The notes under the pieces: generated by a model
What the model saw: only the letters and a program-made list of their open reading frames with translations
Databases searched by the model: none
What the model was told of the DNA's origin: nothing
Translations under genes and position numbers: made by a program
Origin: Acidimicrobiia bacterium
GTDB lineage: Bacteria > Actinomycetota > Acidimicrobiia > Spongiisociales > ZC4RG35
Length of the DNA stretch: 64,000 nt
Direction: 5' to 3'
Assembly: GCA_046484325.1 (NCBI GenBank)
Contig: JAWOJB010000054.1
Location: forward strand, 2,287-66,286
Part shown: positions 1 through 8,606 of the stretch, piece by piece
Numbering within the stretch: position 1 is the first letter of the stretch
Layout of the letters: every line of letters starts with the position of its first letter

Positions 1-1758
1 CGGCTGCTCGAGGGCTTCGGCGCCGGCGCCTCGCTGGTGGTGAACCGGCTGGCGGGGTCGGCCGCCGGCAGCGGGTGGGAGGTGATCTTCGTCATCTGGC
101 TCGCTCACCTCATGCTCACGGCGGTGGTCGGCTGGTTCCTCTGGCGCCACCTGCGTCGGACCCAGCACCGCTGGCTTCCACCCCGTCACTGGATGTGGAT
201 CATGGGAGGCTCCCTCGTCCTCGTGTCGATCCTGGTCCCGGCCGGGGTGCTGGCGGCCACCGACTTCGCGACGATGCCGGGGGCGATGCCACTCGACCCC
301 TTTTTCCTGTTCCTGCTGCCCCTGTTCCTCTCGTCGTGGCCGTGGGGGGTGGTGGTGGCCGGTGGCTTGCTCACGGCTCTGGCGATGGCGGTCCCCTGGT
401 TGCTCCACCGGTCCGAACCGGGGGTCGTCACCATCGACGAGGATGCCTGCACGGGGTGCAACCTGTGCGTGATCGATTGCCCCTACCAGGCACTGGCCCT
501 CGTCGACCGCGCCTCGTTCGAGCTCTCGGAGACACGGCGTGAGCGGCCGGTGGCGATCGTCGAACCGGATGCCTGCGTGGCTTGCGGCATCTGCATCGGC
601 TCGTGCTCGTTCGGGGCCATGTCACTCCCGGGTTTCGAGGCGGTCCCGACCGTCGAGGTGGTGGGCCGTCGGGTGATCCTCACGTGCGAGCGGCACCGGC
701 GACATCTGGGAGATCCGGGTCCCGAGGCGGTGGTGGTCGGCTTCGCCTGCGCCGGGATGGTCCACCCGCAGATCATCGGGAGCCTGGCGGAGGCGGGCGC
801 AGGCTCGATCCAGGTGGTCGGGTGTCCTCCGGGCGACTGCGCCTTCGGTTTCGGCAATCAGATCCTCTCCGAGCGGTTGGAGGGCGGGCGACGGCCCCAT
901 CTCGCCAGGGCCTGGGAGGGCGTGGTCAGCCAGGACTGGGTGGCGCCGTCCGAGCTGGCCAGGGCGGCGTCGGAGCCCGGCGCGCATCCCTCGGCCGATG
1001 CCACGGCCCGACCCCCCGGACGCCGCACCTGGCTGGGCGCCGGAGCCCTCGTGCTGGCCTCGATCGCCGCGGTGGCGGTGGCCTCGGATGCACCCTGGCG
1101 ACCGGACGCCGCCGGAGCGGAGGTCGTGATCGTCGTCGACCACGTCCCGGGCCGGGTGCTCGACGGGGGATCGGTGCCTGTGGGGACCCCGGGCTCGGGC
1201 GCCCGGCTCGAGGTGTCCGTCGACGGCGTGCCGGTCCTCTCCGAGGACCTGGCGATCGCCCTCGGCCGGGATCCGGGGGTGGTTGCCTTCCGGCGCCTCC
1301 CCGTCGACGCCGGTCGTCGGGAGGTGCGGGTCGAGCTGGTCGATGGCGCCACGGGAGAGCGCGCCGAGCTGTTCGCCGGCCCGGCGGATCTAGCGCCGGG
1401 GAACCGCCTGATCGTCGAGGCTCGCGATGCGCCTCCCTCCGATGACGTGGTCCTCGGCGAGCAGATCTTCTCCGCCTCCTCGATCGGTGGGGGCGCCGGT
1501 TGCGTGATCTGCCACTCGATCGAGCCCGATGGTCGAGGCGTCGGTCCATCGCTGTACGGTGTGTCCGTGACCGCTGCCACCCGGGTGCCCGGCCTGTCGG
1601 CCGAGGAGTATCTCCGGCGGTCCATCATCGAGCCCGACGCCTATGTGGTCGAGGGCTATCCGGCCGGTCAGATGCTGCCGATCTACGAGGAACGTCTGAG
1701 CGCCCAGGAGCTCGATGCGCTCGTGGCGTACCTCATGACACTGCATGGAGGAGGTTGA
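1..1758 (+). CDS. Multidomain membrane redox protein: N-terminal TM helices, two [4Fe-4S] ferredoxin motifs, an MvhD/FlpD-like hydrogenase Fe-S subunit domain, a TM helix and a C-terminal class I cytochrome c (possibly 5' partial)
   Basis: ORF 37..1758, but the frame stays open to nt 1. Ferredoxin motifs CTGCNLCVIDCP and CVACGICIGSC. VVGFACAGMVHP...VVGCPPGDCAFG resembles the methyl-viologen-reducing hydrogenase delta subunit. TM segment TWLGAGALVLASIAAVAVA. Heme motif CVICH at nt 1501-1515. Confidence 0.7.
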   Translation, partial: RLLEGFGAGASLVVNRLAGSAAGSGWEVIFVIWLAHLMLTAVVGWFLWRHLRRTQHRWLPPRHWMWIMGGSLVLVSILVPAGVLAATDFATMPGAMPLDPFFLFLLPLFLSSWPWGVVVAGGLLTALAMAVPWLLHRSEPGVVTIDEDACTGCNLCVIDCPYQALALVDRASFELSETRRERPVAIVEPDACVACGICIGSCSFGAMSLPGFEAVPTVEVVGRRVILTCERHRRHLGDPGPEAVVVGFACAGMVHPQIIGSLAEAGAGSIQVVGCPPGDCAFGFGNQILSERLEGGRRPHLARAWEGVVSQDWVAPSELARAASEPGAHPSADATARPPGRRTWLGAGALVLASIAAVAVASDAPWRPDAAGAEVVIVVDHVPGRVLDGGSVPVGTPGSGARLEVSVDGVPVLSEDLAIALGRDPGVVAFRRLPVDAGRREVRVELVDGATGERAELFAGPADLAPGNRLIVEARDAPPSDDVVLGEQIFSASSIGGGAGCVICHSIEPDGRGVGPSLYGVSVTAATRVPGLSAEEYLRRSIIEPDAYVVEGYPAGQMLPIYEERLSAQELDALVAYLMTLHGGG

Positions 1759-1759
1759 G

Positions 1760-2140
1760 ATGCGGTGGAGGATCGTGCTGGTGGCCGGCCTGGCACTGGT
1801 GCTGGGCGCGTGCGGGGGCACGGACGAAGGCGGCGGTGAGCCTGTCGACGGCGAGGCCCTGTTCTCCCAAACGGTGCTCGAGGGTCGGGCGGGCTGCACC
1901 ACCTGCCATTCGCTCCAGGAGGGCGTGGCGCTCGTGGGCCCGTCTCTGGCCGGCGTCGGAGCCCGGGCCGGCGACCGGGTGCCCGGCCTGTCGGGAAAGG
2001 AGTACCTTCGGCAGTCCATCCTGGACCCCGACGCCTACGTCGTCGAGCCGTATTCGGCCGGCGTGATGCAGTCTTGGGACGGCATCCTCAGCGATGCCCA
2101 GGTCGACGCTCTGGTGTCCTACCTGTTGTCGCTCCAGTGA
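1760..2140 (+). CDS. Class I cytochrome c lipoprotein, paralog of the C-terminal domain of the upstream gene
   Basis: ORF 1745..2140. GGAGGAGG at 1747-1754 favours ATG 1760. Signal peptide plus lipobox LVLGAC. Heme motif CTTCH at nt 1895-1909. About half of residues are identical by eye to the cytochrome c domain of ORF 37..1758. Confidence 0.85.
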   Translation: MRWRIVLVAGLALVLGACGGTDEGGGEPVDGEALFSQTVLEGRAGCTTCHSLQEGVALVGPSLAGVGARAGDRVPGLSGKEYLRQSILDPDAYVVEPYSAGVMQSWDGILSDAQVDALVSYLLSLQ

Positions 2141-2168
2141 GACAATGTCCTCACCGATGACGCCGCCA

Positions 2169-2564
2169 TCAGGATTCAGGGAAGATCTCCTCGGTCCCGG
2201 TTCCGTCGACCCCGTCGATGGTCCGCGTGCCGGTGAGCCGGCCGTCGGGCTGGACCAGGTAGACGGCGGTGCCGGAGCTGTCGCCCCGGGGGCCGCGGAT
2301 GGTTCGCCACTCGACGGTGAACGTGTCCCCGTCGACGATCCCGTCGCCCTCCAGGATGGCGCCGGTGATCACCCAGACCACGGTGAACCGGCCAGGGTCC
2401 TCGGTGGCCTCGATCGCCACCGTGCCGGAGTATTCGATGCCGACGGGGTCGACGCCGTTCACGATGTAGGTCCCGGCCACGCCCGGCCGGTCGTCGAGGG
2501 TGGCCCCGGGGATGGCGCAGCCGGCGATGACGAGGGAGATCAGGAGCAGGGGGAGGCGGGCCAC
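2169..2564 (-). CDS. Small secreted beta-rich lipoprotein, unknown function
   Basis: C-terminal 131 codons of ORF 2169..3407. GTG start at 2564 gives VARLPLLLISLVIAGC (signal peptide plus lipobox). The rest of the long ORF is shadow sequence opposite the Sco-like gene. Confidence 0.65.
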   Translation of the reverse strand: MARLPLLLISLVIAGCAIPGATLDDRPGVAGTYIVNGVDPVGIEYSGTVAIEATEDPGRFTVVWVITGAILEGDGIVDGDTFTVEWRTIRGPRGDSSGTAVYLVQPDGRLTGTRTIDGVDGTGTEEIFPES

Positions 2565-2615
2565 GGGCTCTTCGATGCTACCGCCCGTCCTGGTCTGCCC
2601 CGCTGGGCCGGGTGG

Positions 2616-3263
2616 GTGATCGGCACCGCCGCCGTGGTGGTCCTGGCCGTGGTGGCCTTCGCCATCTTCCAGCCGATCCAGGTCCTCCCACGGATCCGGC
2701 TGGCACCAGGGTTCGCGCTCGTCGACCAGTCGGGGGCGACCGTGACGAGTGAGGATGCCCGGGGCGCCGTCACCCTCTACACCTTCGCCTACGCGGCCTG
2801 TGACGAGGAGTGCGATGCCATCAATGCCACCATGCGAGAGGTTCGCGACCGGGTGGCCGGCGAGGTGGACTTCGGAGACACCCCCTTCCGTCAGGTCACG
2901 ATCTCCTTCGACCCCGAACGCGACACTCCCGAGGCCCTGGCCGTGGCCGCCGCCGGCTCCGGCGCCGACGGCGATTCCTGGCTCTGGGCGAGCCCCGATC
3001 CCTCGCTCCTGACCACCGTGGTCGGCGCCGGGTTCAAGGCGTGGTACGAGCCCCAACCCGACGGGAGCTTCCGGTTCGATCCGCTCTTCGTGCTCGTCGA
3101 CGGCTGGGGGGTCGTCCGGGGCGAGTACCGATACCAGACTGTGGCGGGGGAGGCCGACAAGATCGTCCGGCACGCCGGGCTCCTGGCCGAGGAGCTCCGC
3201 AACTCGAGCGGCGTCGCCTCCCTCGCCTATGAGGCCGCCCACGTCTTCCTGTGCTACCCGTGA
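2616..3263 (+). CDS. Sco/thioredoxin-like membrane-anchored protein; atypical Sco paralog with CxxxC retained and the copper-ligand His apparently absent
   Basis: 3' part of ORF 2094..3263. The only plausible start not overlapping the divergent lipoprotein gene is GTG 2616 (VIGTAAVVVLAVVAFAIF TM anchor). Motif FAYAACDEECD (CxxxC). FDPERDTP is typical of Sco. FRFDPLFVLVD sits where Sco proteins have DHT/DHS. Confidence 0.6.
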   Translation: MIGTAAVVVLAVVAFAIFQPIQVLPRIRLAPGFALVDQSGATVTSEDARGAVTLYTFAYAACDEECDAINATMREVRDRVAGEVDFGDTPFRQVTISFDPERDTPEALAVAAAGSGADGDSWLWASPDPSLLTTVVGAGFKAWYEPQPDGSFRFDPLFVLVDGWGVVRGEYRYQTVAGEADKIVRHAGLLAEELRNSSGVASLAYEAAHVFLCYP

Positions 3264-3273
3264 GGGAGGGTCC

Positions 3274-3918
3274 GTGATCGACGAAGACCATCTCGACGAA
3301 TCGGGGACGGCGGCACCGAACCGACGCCGGTGGCCACTTGTGGTCGGCGTCATCGGTGTGGTCATCGCCGCCTCGATCCTCCTGTTCTCCTGGCTGCGGC
3401 CCCACACCTACACCGGGTTCGTCCTCCAGTCGCCCACCCCGGCCCCCTCGATGACCGGCTTGTTCGACCACACCGGGGCACCGGTGGACCTCGAGGCCTA
3501 CCGAGGCGACGTGGTCCTCGTGTACTTCGGCTACACCCACTGCCCCGACGTGTGCCCGACCACCCTCGCCACCGCCGCCAAGGCGATCGAGCAGCTCGGT
3601 CGCCGGGGGGAGCGGGTCCATCTGCTCATGGTCACGGTGGATCCCGAGCGGGATACCGCCGCCTACCTCGCCGACTACGTGACCTTCTTCGACGCACGCT
3701 TCCTCGGGGTGTGGGGCGACCCGGACGACATCGCAGCCACGGCCACCCTCTACTCGGTCTACTACCAGAAGGGCGAAGGGACCGTCGAGACGGGGTACGT
3801 CGTCGATCACACCGCCACCCTCATGGCCATCGACCCCGACGGGTTCATCAGGGTGCTCTACACGCCAGAGCACACCGCCGATCAGCTGGCGGTCGACCTC
3901 GAGGAGTTGCTGTCATGA
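3274..3918 (+). CDS. SCO1/SenC family copper chaperone (cytochrome oxidase CuA assembly)
   Basis: ORF 3229..3918. GGGAGGG precedes GTG 3274. TM anchor present. Canonical FGYTHCPDVCP motif and VVDHTA histidine. Confidence 0.9.
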   Translation: MIDEDHLDESGTAAPNRRRWPLVVGVIGVVIAASILLFSWLRPHTYTGFVLQSPTPAPSMTGLFDHTGAPVDLEAYRGDVVLVYFGYTHCPDVCPTTLATAAKAIEQLGRRGERVHLLMVTVDPERDTAAYLADYVTFFDARFLGVWGDPDDIAATATLYSVYYQKGEGTVETGYVVDHTATLMAIDPDGFIRVLYTPEHTADQLAVDLEELLS

Positions 3919-4346
3919 GGAAGCCGACACTGCTGGTCGCGATCGCGCTGGCCACTTCCGCCTGCGGCGGGGGTTCGGATGGCGTCACCGTCGACGATCC
4001 GTGGGGCCGGACCTCGCCGATGAACGCCGAGCTGGGGGCGTTCTACATGACCATCGAGAACGGTGCCAACACCGCTGACCGGATCGTGGCGGGGAGCTCC
4101 GACCGGTGCTCGGCGATCGAGTTCCACAACTCGTCGATGGACGCCGACGGGGTCATGAGCATGGCACCAGCTCCTGAGCTGTTCGTCGTCCCGGCCGGCG
4201 GGAGCCTCGAGCTGAGGCCGGCCGGGCTCCATGTGATGTGCGTGGGTCTCACCGCCCCTCTGGTCGATGGCGAGATGGTCGAACTGGACCTCGAGTTCGA
4301 GCAGGCCGGGACGGTACCGGTCGAGGTGAGCGTGGAGGATCGGTAG
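3915..4346 (+). CDS. Periplasmic copper chaperone PCu(A)C (DUF461) lipoprotein
   Basis: ATG 3915 overlaps the Sco stop (ATGA). MRKPTLLVAIALATSAC lipobox. His/Met copper motif FHNSSMDADGVMSM...LHVMCVG. Confidence 0.85.
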   Translation: MRKPTLLVAIALATSACGGGSDGVTVDDPWGRTSPMNAELGAFYMTIENGANTADRIVAGSSDRCSAIEFHNSSMDADGVMSMAPAPELFVVPAGGSLELRPAGLHVMCVGLTAPLVDGEMVELDLEFEQAGTVPVEVSVEDR

Positions 4347-4347
4347 C

Positions 4348-4424
4348 AATGCGCGGTGTGCGGTGCGCCATGCGCCATGCGCCTTGCGCCGTGCGCTCGA
4401 CGCCGTGCCCTTCATGCCGTGCAC
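4348..4424. repeat. Tandem heptamer array, 11 units of NNTGCGC
   Basis: aatgcgc ggtgtgc ggtgcgc catgcgc catgcgc cttgcgc cgtgcgc tcgacgc cgtgccc ttcatgc cgtgcac. Begins 2 nt after the TAG stop at 4344-4346. Lies between convergent genes. Confidence 0.9.
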
Positions 4425-4447
4425 CCAGGCGATCGGCCGACCGCTGA

Positions 4448-5209
4448 CTACCGACCGCTGAGCGCCTTTCGCATCCCCGCCAGCCAGCGATCCCGGTCCC
4501 CTGCCCGGCGCCGCTCGTACTCGGCCACCTCGGGGTGGGGGAGGATGAGGAAGCGCTCGTCGCTCAGCCCCTCCACCACGAGGTCGGCCACCTCTTCCGG
4601 TTCGATCGCCCCCGGCCGGAGCATGTCCCCCAGGCGACCGGTCGCGTCGAGCATGTCGGTCCGTACGCCCTGCGGGCAGAGGCACGACACCCGCACCCCG
4701 GCATCTCCGTGGGTGATGGCGATCCACTCGGCGAGGGCGACCACCGCGTGCTTGGTGACTGCGTAGACGGCCGAACCCGGGCTGGTGAGCAGACCGGCCG
4801 CCGACGCCGTGACGAGCAGGTATCCGCCGCCCCGGACCCGCCACTCGGGCACGAGGTGGCGGGCGGCGTGGAGGTGGGCGAGTGTGTTGACCTCCCAGCT
4901 GCGCTGCCAAGACCCGTCGTCGAGGTCGAGGCCGCCCTCCATCGCGATCCCGGCGTTGGCACAGAACAGGTCAACCGGTCCGAACGCCTCCCGCGCTGCC
5001 TCGATGAGGCGGATCGTGTCCTCCTCCCGGCGTACGTCGACGGCCAGGCCCACACCGCCCACCTCGCCGGCGACCCGGCCGGCCGCCTCCCCGTCGAGGT
5101 CTCCGACCACGATGCCCGCCGGCTGTTCCCGGGCGAATCGCCTGGCCAACGCAGCGCCGATCCCTCGGCCGCCGCCGGTGATCACGATCACGGCTCCACG
5201 AAGCTCCAT
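4448..5209 (-). CDS. Short-chain dehydrogenase/reductase (SDR)
   Basis: Part of ORF 4448..5431 starting at MELRGAVIVITGGGRGIG (ATG 5209). YAVTKHAV catalytic YxxxK. Confidence 0.85.
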   Translation of the reverse strand: MELRGAVIVITGGGRGIGAALARRFAREQPAGIVVGDLDGEAAGRVAGEVGGVGLAVDVRREEDTIRLIEAAREAFGPVDLFCANAGIAMEGGLDLDDGSWQRSWEVNTLAHLHAARHLVPEWRVRGGGYLLVTASAAGLLTSPGSAVYAVTKHAVVALAEWIAITHGDAGVRVSCLCPQGVRTDMLDATGRLGDMLRPGAIEPEEVADLVVEGLSDERFLILPHPEVAEYERRRAGDRDRWLAGMRKALSGR

Positions 5210-5294
5210 GGTCGGACGGTACCGGGGGGAGCAGGCTCCCGGGCGCGGGGACGGGCGATTGCGCACAGGCGGGGGGATCCGCCACCATCGCCGG

Positions 5295-6791
5295 ATGGGT
5301 GGCACCAGCCTCTGGATCCTCGGCGACCAGTTGAGCCGCGGCCACCCCGGACTCGAACAGGCCGACCGGGTGGTGATGGTGGAGTCGGCGGAGCGCGCAC
5401 GGCGTCGCCCCGTCCACCGCCGCAAGCTCACGCTGCTCCTCTCGGCGATGCGCCACCGGGCCGTCGAGATCGAGGCGTCGGGCCTCGAGGTCGACTATCG
5501 GATCGTCGAGGCAACACTCGCCGGGCTCGAGGCCCACGTCGCCGCCCACCGGCCGGAGCGCATCCTCACGATGGACGCATCGGAGTGGGCCGGATCCCGG
5601 TTCCAGGCATCGCTCGGCGAGCGGTTGGGGGTGCCGGTGGAGGTACTGCCGAACACCCAGATGCTGGCGGGGCGTTTCGACCCCTTCCCCGACATGGAGC
5701 CGTTGAAGCCCTTGGTGATGGAGCGCTTCTACCGGAAGATGCGGGTCCACTTCGGCCTCCTCCTCGATCCGGCGGGCGAGCCGGAGGGAGGAGCCTGGAA
5801 CTTCGACGCCGACAACCGTCGAGCCTATCCGAGGACGGGCCTCCGGCCGCCACCGGTCCCCTCGCACCCACCCGATGCGACGACCCGCGAGGTCATGACC
5901 GAGGTTGCGTCGATGCCCGGCATCGGCTCGGTCGATGGTTTCGACCTGGCCGTCACCAGGGAGCAGGCGTTGGAAGCCCTCGATGACTTCCTCACCCACC
6001 GACTGGAGTGGTTCGGGCCCTACGAGGACGCCATGAGCGCCCAGCACGACGTGCTGTACCACTCTGTGCTGTCCCCCTATCTCAACGTCGGCCTGCTCGA
6101 CCCGCTCGAGGCCTGCCAGGCTGCCGAGGCCGCCTACACGGAGGGCCGGGCGCCGATCAACAGTGTCGAGGGCTTCGTGCGCCAGATCGCCGGGTGGCGC
6201 GAGTTCGTGTACTGGAACTACCGGCGGCTCATGCCGGACCTCGCGAGGATGAACGACTGGGGCCACCACCTCCCGCTTCCGGCGTTCTTCTGGACCGGCG
6301 ACACCGACCTGCGCTGTCTGTCGACGGTGATCCGGCGGGTCCTCGACACCGGCTACTCGCATCACATCGAGCGGCTCATGGTGCTCTGCAACTTCGCCAT
6401 GCTCGCCGGCATCGACCCCCGGGAGGTGAACGAGTGGTTCCTCTCCTGCTACGTCGATGCCTACGAGTGGGTCGTGACCCCCAACGTGGTGGGCATGGGC
6501 CTCAACGCCGACGGGGGGATCGTCGCCACCAAGCCCTACGTGGCGTCGGCCCGCTACATCGACCGGATGTCCGACTTCTGCTCCGAATGCCGCTACGACC
6601 CGGCGAGGCGGACCGGCGACGACGCATGCCCGTTCAATGCCCTGTACTGGGACTTCCTCATTCGGAACGAGGAGCGGCTACGTGCCAACCCCCGGCTCGG
6701 TCCGGCCGTGCTCGGGCTGCGCCACCTCGACGAGGACGAGCGGATGCGGGTGGCCGAGGTGGCATCCGAGTTCCGGGTGTCGTTGGGATGA
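5295..6791 (+). CDS. Cryptochrome/photolyase family protein of the Fe-S bacterial type (FeS-BCP / (6-4) photolyase-like, COG3046-like)
   Basis: 3' part of ORF 4785..6791 from MGGTSLWILGDQL (ATG 5295). C-terminal cysteines VLCNF ... DFCSECRYDPARRTGDDACPFN match the four-Cys [4Fe-4S] pattern of PhrB/CryB-type enzymes. Confidence 0.8.
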   Translation: MGGTSLWILGDQLSRGHPGLEQADRVVMVESAERARRRPVHRRKLTLLLSAMRHRAVEIEASGLEVDYRIVEATLAGLEAHVAAHRPERILTMDASEWAGSRFQASLGERLGVPVEVLPNTQMLAGRFDPFPDMEPLKPLVMERFYRKMRVHFGLLLDPAGEPEGGAWNFDADNRRAYPRTGLRPPPVPSHPPDATTREVMTEVASMPGIGSVDGFDLAVTREQALEALDDFLTHRLEWFGPYEDAMSAQHDVLYHSVLSPYLNVGLLDPLEACQAAEAAYTEGRAPINSVEGFVRQIAGWREFVYWNYRRLMPDLARMNDWGHHLPLPAFFWTGDTDLRCLSTVIRRVLDTGYSHHIERLMVLCNFAMLAGIDPREVNEWFLSCYVDAYEWVVTPNVVGMGLNADGGIVATKPYVASARYIDRMSDFCSECRYDPARRTGDDACPFNALYWDFLIRNEERLRANPRLGPAVLGLRHLDEDERMRVAEVASEFRVSLG

Positions 6792-6800
6792 GCAGCCGGA

Positions 6801-8606
6801 TCAGGCTTCGAGCAACGCAGGTTCGATCTCGAACAGGGGAGCCGCCCCGGCCGTGATCGACGGGACCAGTCCGAAGGCCGACGGTAGGAGTTGCTCGCCG
6901 TAGAACCGGCAGGTCGCCACCTTGGCCTGCAGCCAGGCGGCGTCGCCGGATCCCGACTCGAGCAACCGGAGTGCGGCCAGCGCGGACCTCGCCATCAGCC
7001 AGCCACCGGTGACGTTGCCGAAGAGCCTCAGGTAGGGGGTCGCCCCGGCCAGGGCGTCGTCGTACTCACCCGCGGCGATCCTGGCCCCGAGCCAGGCGGA
7101 GGCATCCGACAGGGCCGACACCCCCTCGCGCAGGTGGGTGCGGAAGGTGTCGAGCTCATCGATGCCCTCCATGGCGGCCGCGGTCCCCCCGATCTCGGAC
7201 AGGAACTCGGCCAGGACCGCCCCGTCCCGCAGCGGCAGCTTGCGGAGCACCAGATCGATCGCCTGGATCCCGTTGGTCCCCTCGTAGATCGGAGCGATCC
7301 GAGCGTCCCGGTAGTGCTGGGCGACACCCGTCTCCTCCACGTACCCCATGCCCCCGTGCACCTGGATCCCCAGCGAGGTGAGCTCGACGCCCAGGTCGGT
7401 GCACCAGGCCTTGGTGATCGGGGTGAGCAGGGCCACCCTCTCGCCGGCCCGCCGCCGCAGATCCTCGTCGTCGGCGTGATGCTCGTGATCGACCCCGGCT
7501 GCGGCGGTGTAGAGCAGGCAGCGCATCGCCTCGTTGTAGGCCCGCATCGTCATCAGCATGCGGCGTACGTCGGGGTGGTCGATGATCGGTGAGCTCTCGG
7601 TCGGGTCGGCTCCGATCGCCCGGCCCTGCCTCCGCTCGACGGCGTAGGCGAGGGACGCCTGGTAGGCCCGTTCTCCCATGGCCAGGCCCTCGATCCCCAC
7701 CCCGATCCGGGCGCTGTTCATCATCGTGAACATGTACCGCATACCCTGCTGCTCGTCCCCGAGCAGGTACCCGATCGCGCCCTTTCCCTCGTCGCCGAAG
7801 GCGACGACGCAGGTGGGGGAGGCGTGGATGCCGAGCTTGTGCTCGAGCGACACCACCTTCACATCGTTGCGCTCGTCGGGGTTCCCGTCGGCGTCGAGCA
7901 GGTACTTGGGGACGATGAACATCGAGATCCCCTTCGTACCCGGGGCGGCATCGGGGGTCTTGGCCAGCACGAGGTGGAGCACGTTGTCGGTGAGGTCGTG
8001 GTCGCCCCAGGTGATGAAGATCTTCTGCCCGGTGATCCGGTAGCTGCCGTCGGCCTGGCGCACGGCCCGGGAGGACAGGGCGCCGACGTCGGAGCCGGCG
8101 TGTGGCTCGGTGAGGCACATCGTGCCGCTCCACTCGCCCGACACGAGCTTCTCGAGGTAGGTGGCCCGCTGCTCCTCGGAGCCATGCTGGAGCAGGGCTT
8201 CGATCGCCGCCTGGGTGAGCATCGGGGCGAGAGCGAAGGCCATGTTGGCCGACTTGAACATCTCCTGGAGCACGATGCCCACGGTGTAGGGGAGGCCGCC
8301 GCCGCCCCACGCCTCGGGCAGGTGGCCACCGCCCCATCCGGCGTCGACATACTTCCGGTAGGCGGCCGGGAACCCGTCAGGGGTCTTGACCGACCCGTCG
8401 GGCTGGAGTCGGGAACCGACGACGTCCCCTGCCCGGTTGAGGGGCGACATCACCTCCGAGAAGAACCGCGCCGCCTCGGCGAGCAGCCCGGAGACGGTGT
8501 CGGGATCGGCGTGCTGGAAGCCGTCGAGCTTGGCGACCTCGGCGAGGCCGGCCACCTGGTTGAGGGCGAAGTCGATGTCCTTGAGGGGGGCGACGTACTC
8601 CGGCAT
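6801..8606 (-). CDS. Large acyl-CoA dehydrogenase (about 600 aa, FadE-like with extended C-terminal domain)
   Basis: ORF 6801..8717, likely start MPEYVAPLKDIDF at 8606. Acyl-CoA dehydrogenase-like segments TEPHAGSDV, ITGQKIFITWGDHD, GGMGYVEETG. Confidence 0.85.
   Translation of the reverse strand: MPEYVAPLKDIDFALNQVAGLAEVAKLDGFQHADPDTVSGLLAEAARFFSEVMSPLNRAGDVVGSRLQPDGSVKTPDGFPAAYRKYVDAGWGGGHLPEAWGGGGLPYTVGIVLQEMFKSANMAFALAPMLTQAAIEALLQHGSEEQRATYLEKLVSGEWSGTMCLTEPHAGSDVGALSSRAVRQADGSYRITGQKIFITWGDHDLTDNVLHLVLAKTPDAAPGTKGISMFIVPKYLLDADGNPDERNDVKVVSLEHKLGIHASPTCVVAFGDEGKGAIGYLLGDEQQGMRYMFTMMNSARIGVGIEGLAMGERAYQASLAYAVERRQGRAIGADPTESSPIIDHPDVRRMLMTMRAYNEAMRCLLYTAAAGVDHEHHADDEDLRRRAGERVALLTPITKAWCTDLGVELTSLGIQVHGGMGYVEETGVAQHYRDARIAPIYEGTNGIQAIDLVLRKLPLRDGAVLAEFLSEIGGTAAAMEGIDELDTFRTHLREGVSALSDASAWLGARIAAGEYDDALAGATPYLRLFGNVTGGWLMARSALAALRLLESGSGDAAWLQAKVATCRFYGEQLLPSAFGLVPSITAGAAPLFEIEPALLEA

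Noticed and set aside
2094-3407. Full-length ORFs 2094..3263 (+) and 2169..3407 (-) as 389-aa and 412-aa proteins
   Set aside because: Only the 3' part of each shows protein-like sequence (a Sco-like domain and a lipoprotein). The remainders mutually overlap antisense and are low complexity. Shorter GTG starts were chosen.
4348-4424. Heptamer arrays as CRISPR arrays
   Set aside because: The units are 7 bp with no unique spacers, the arrays are shorter than 90 bp, and no cas genes are in the window.
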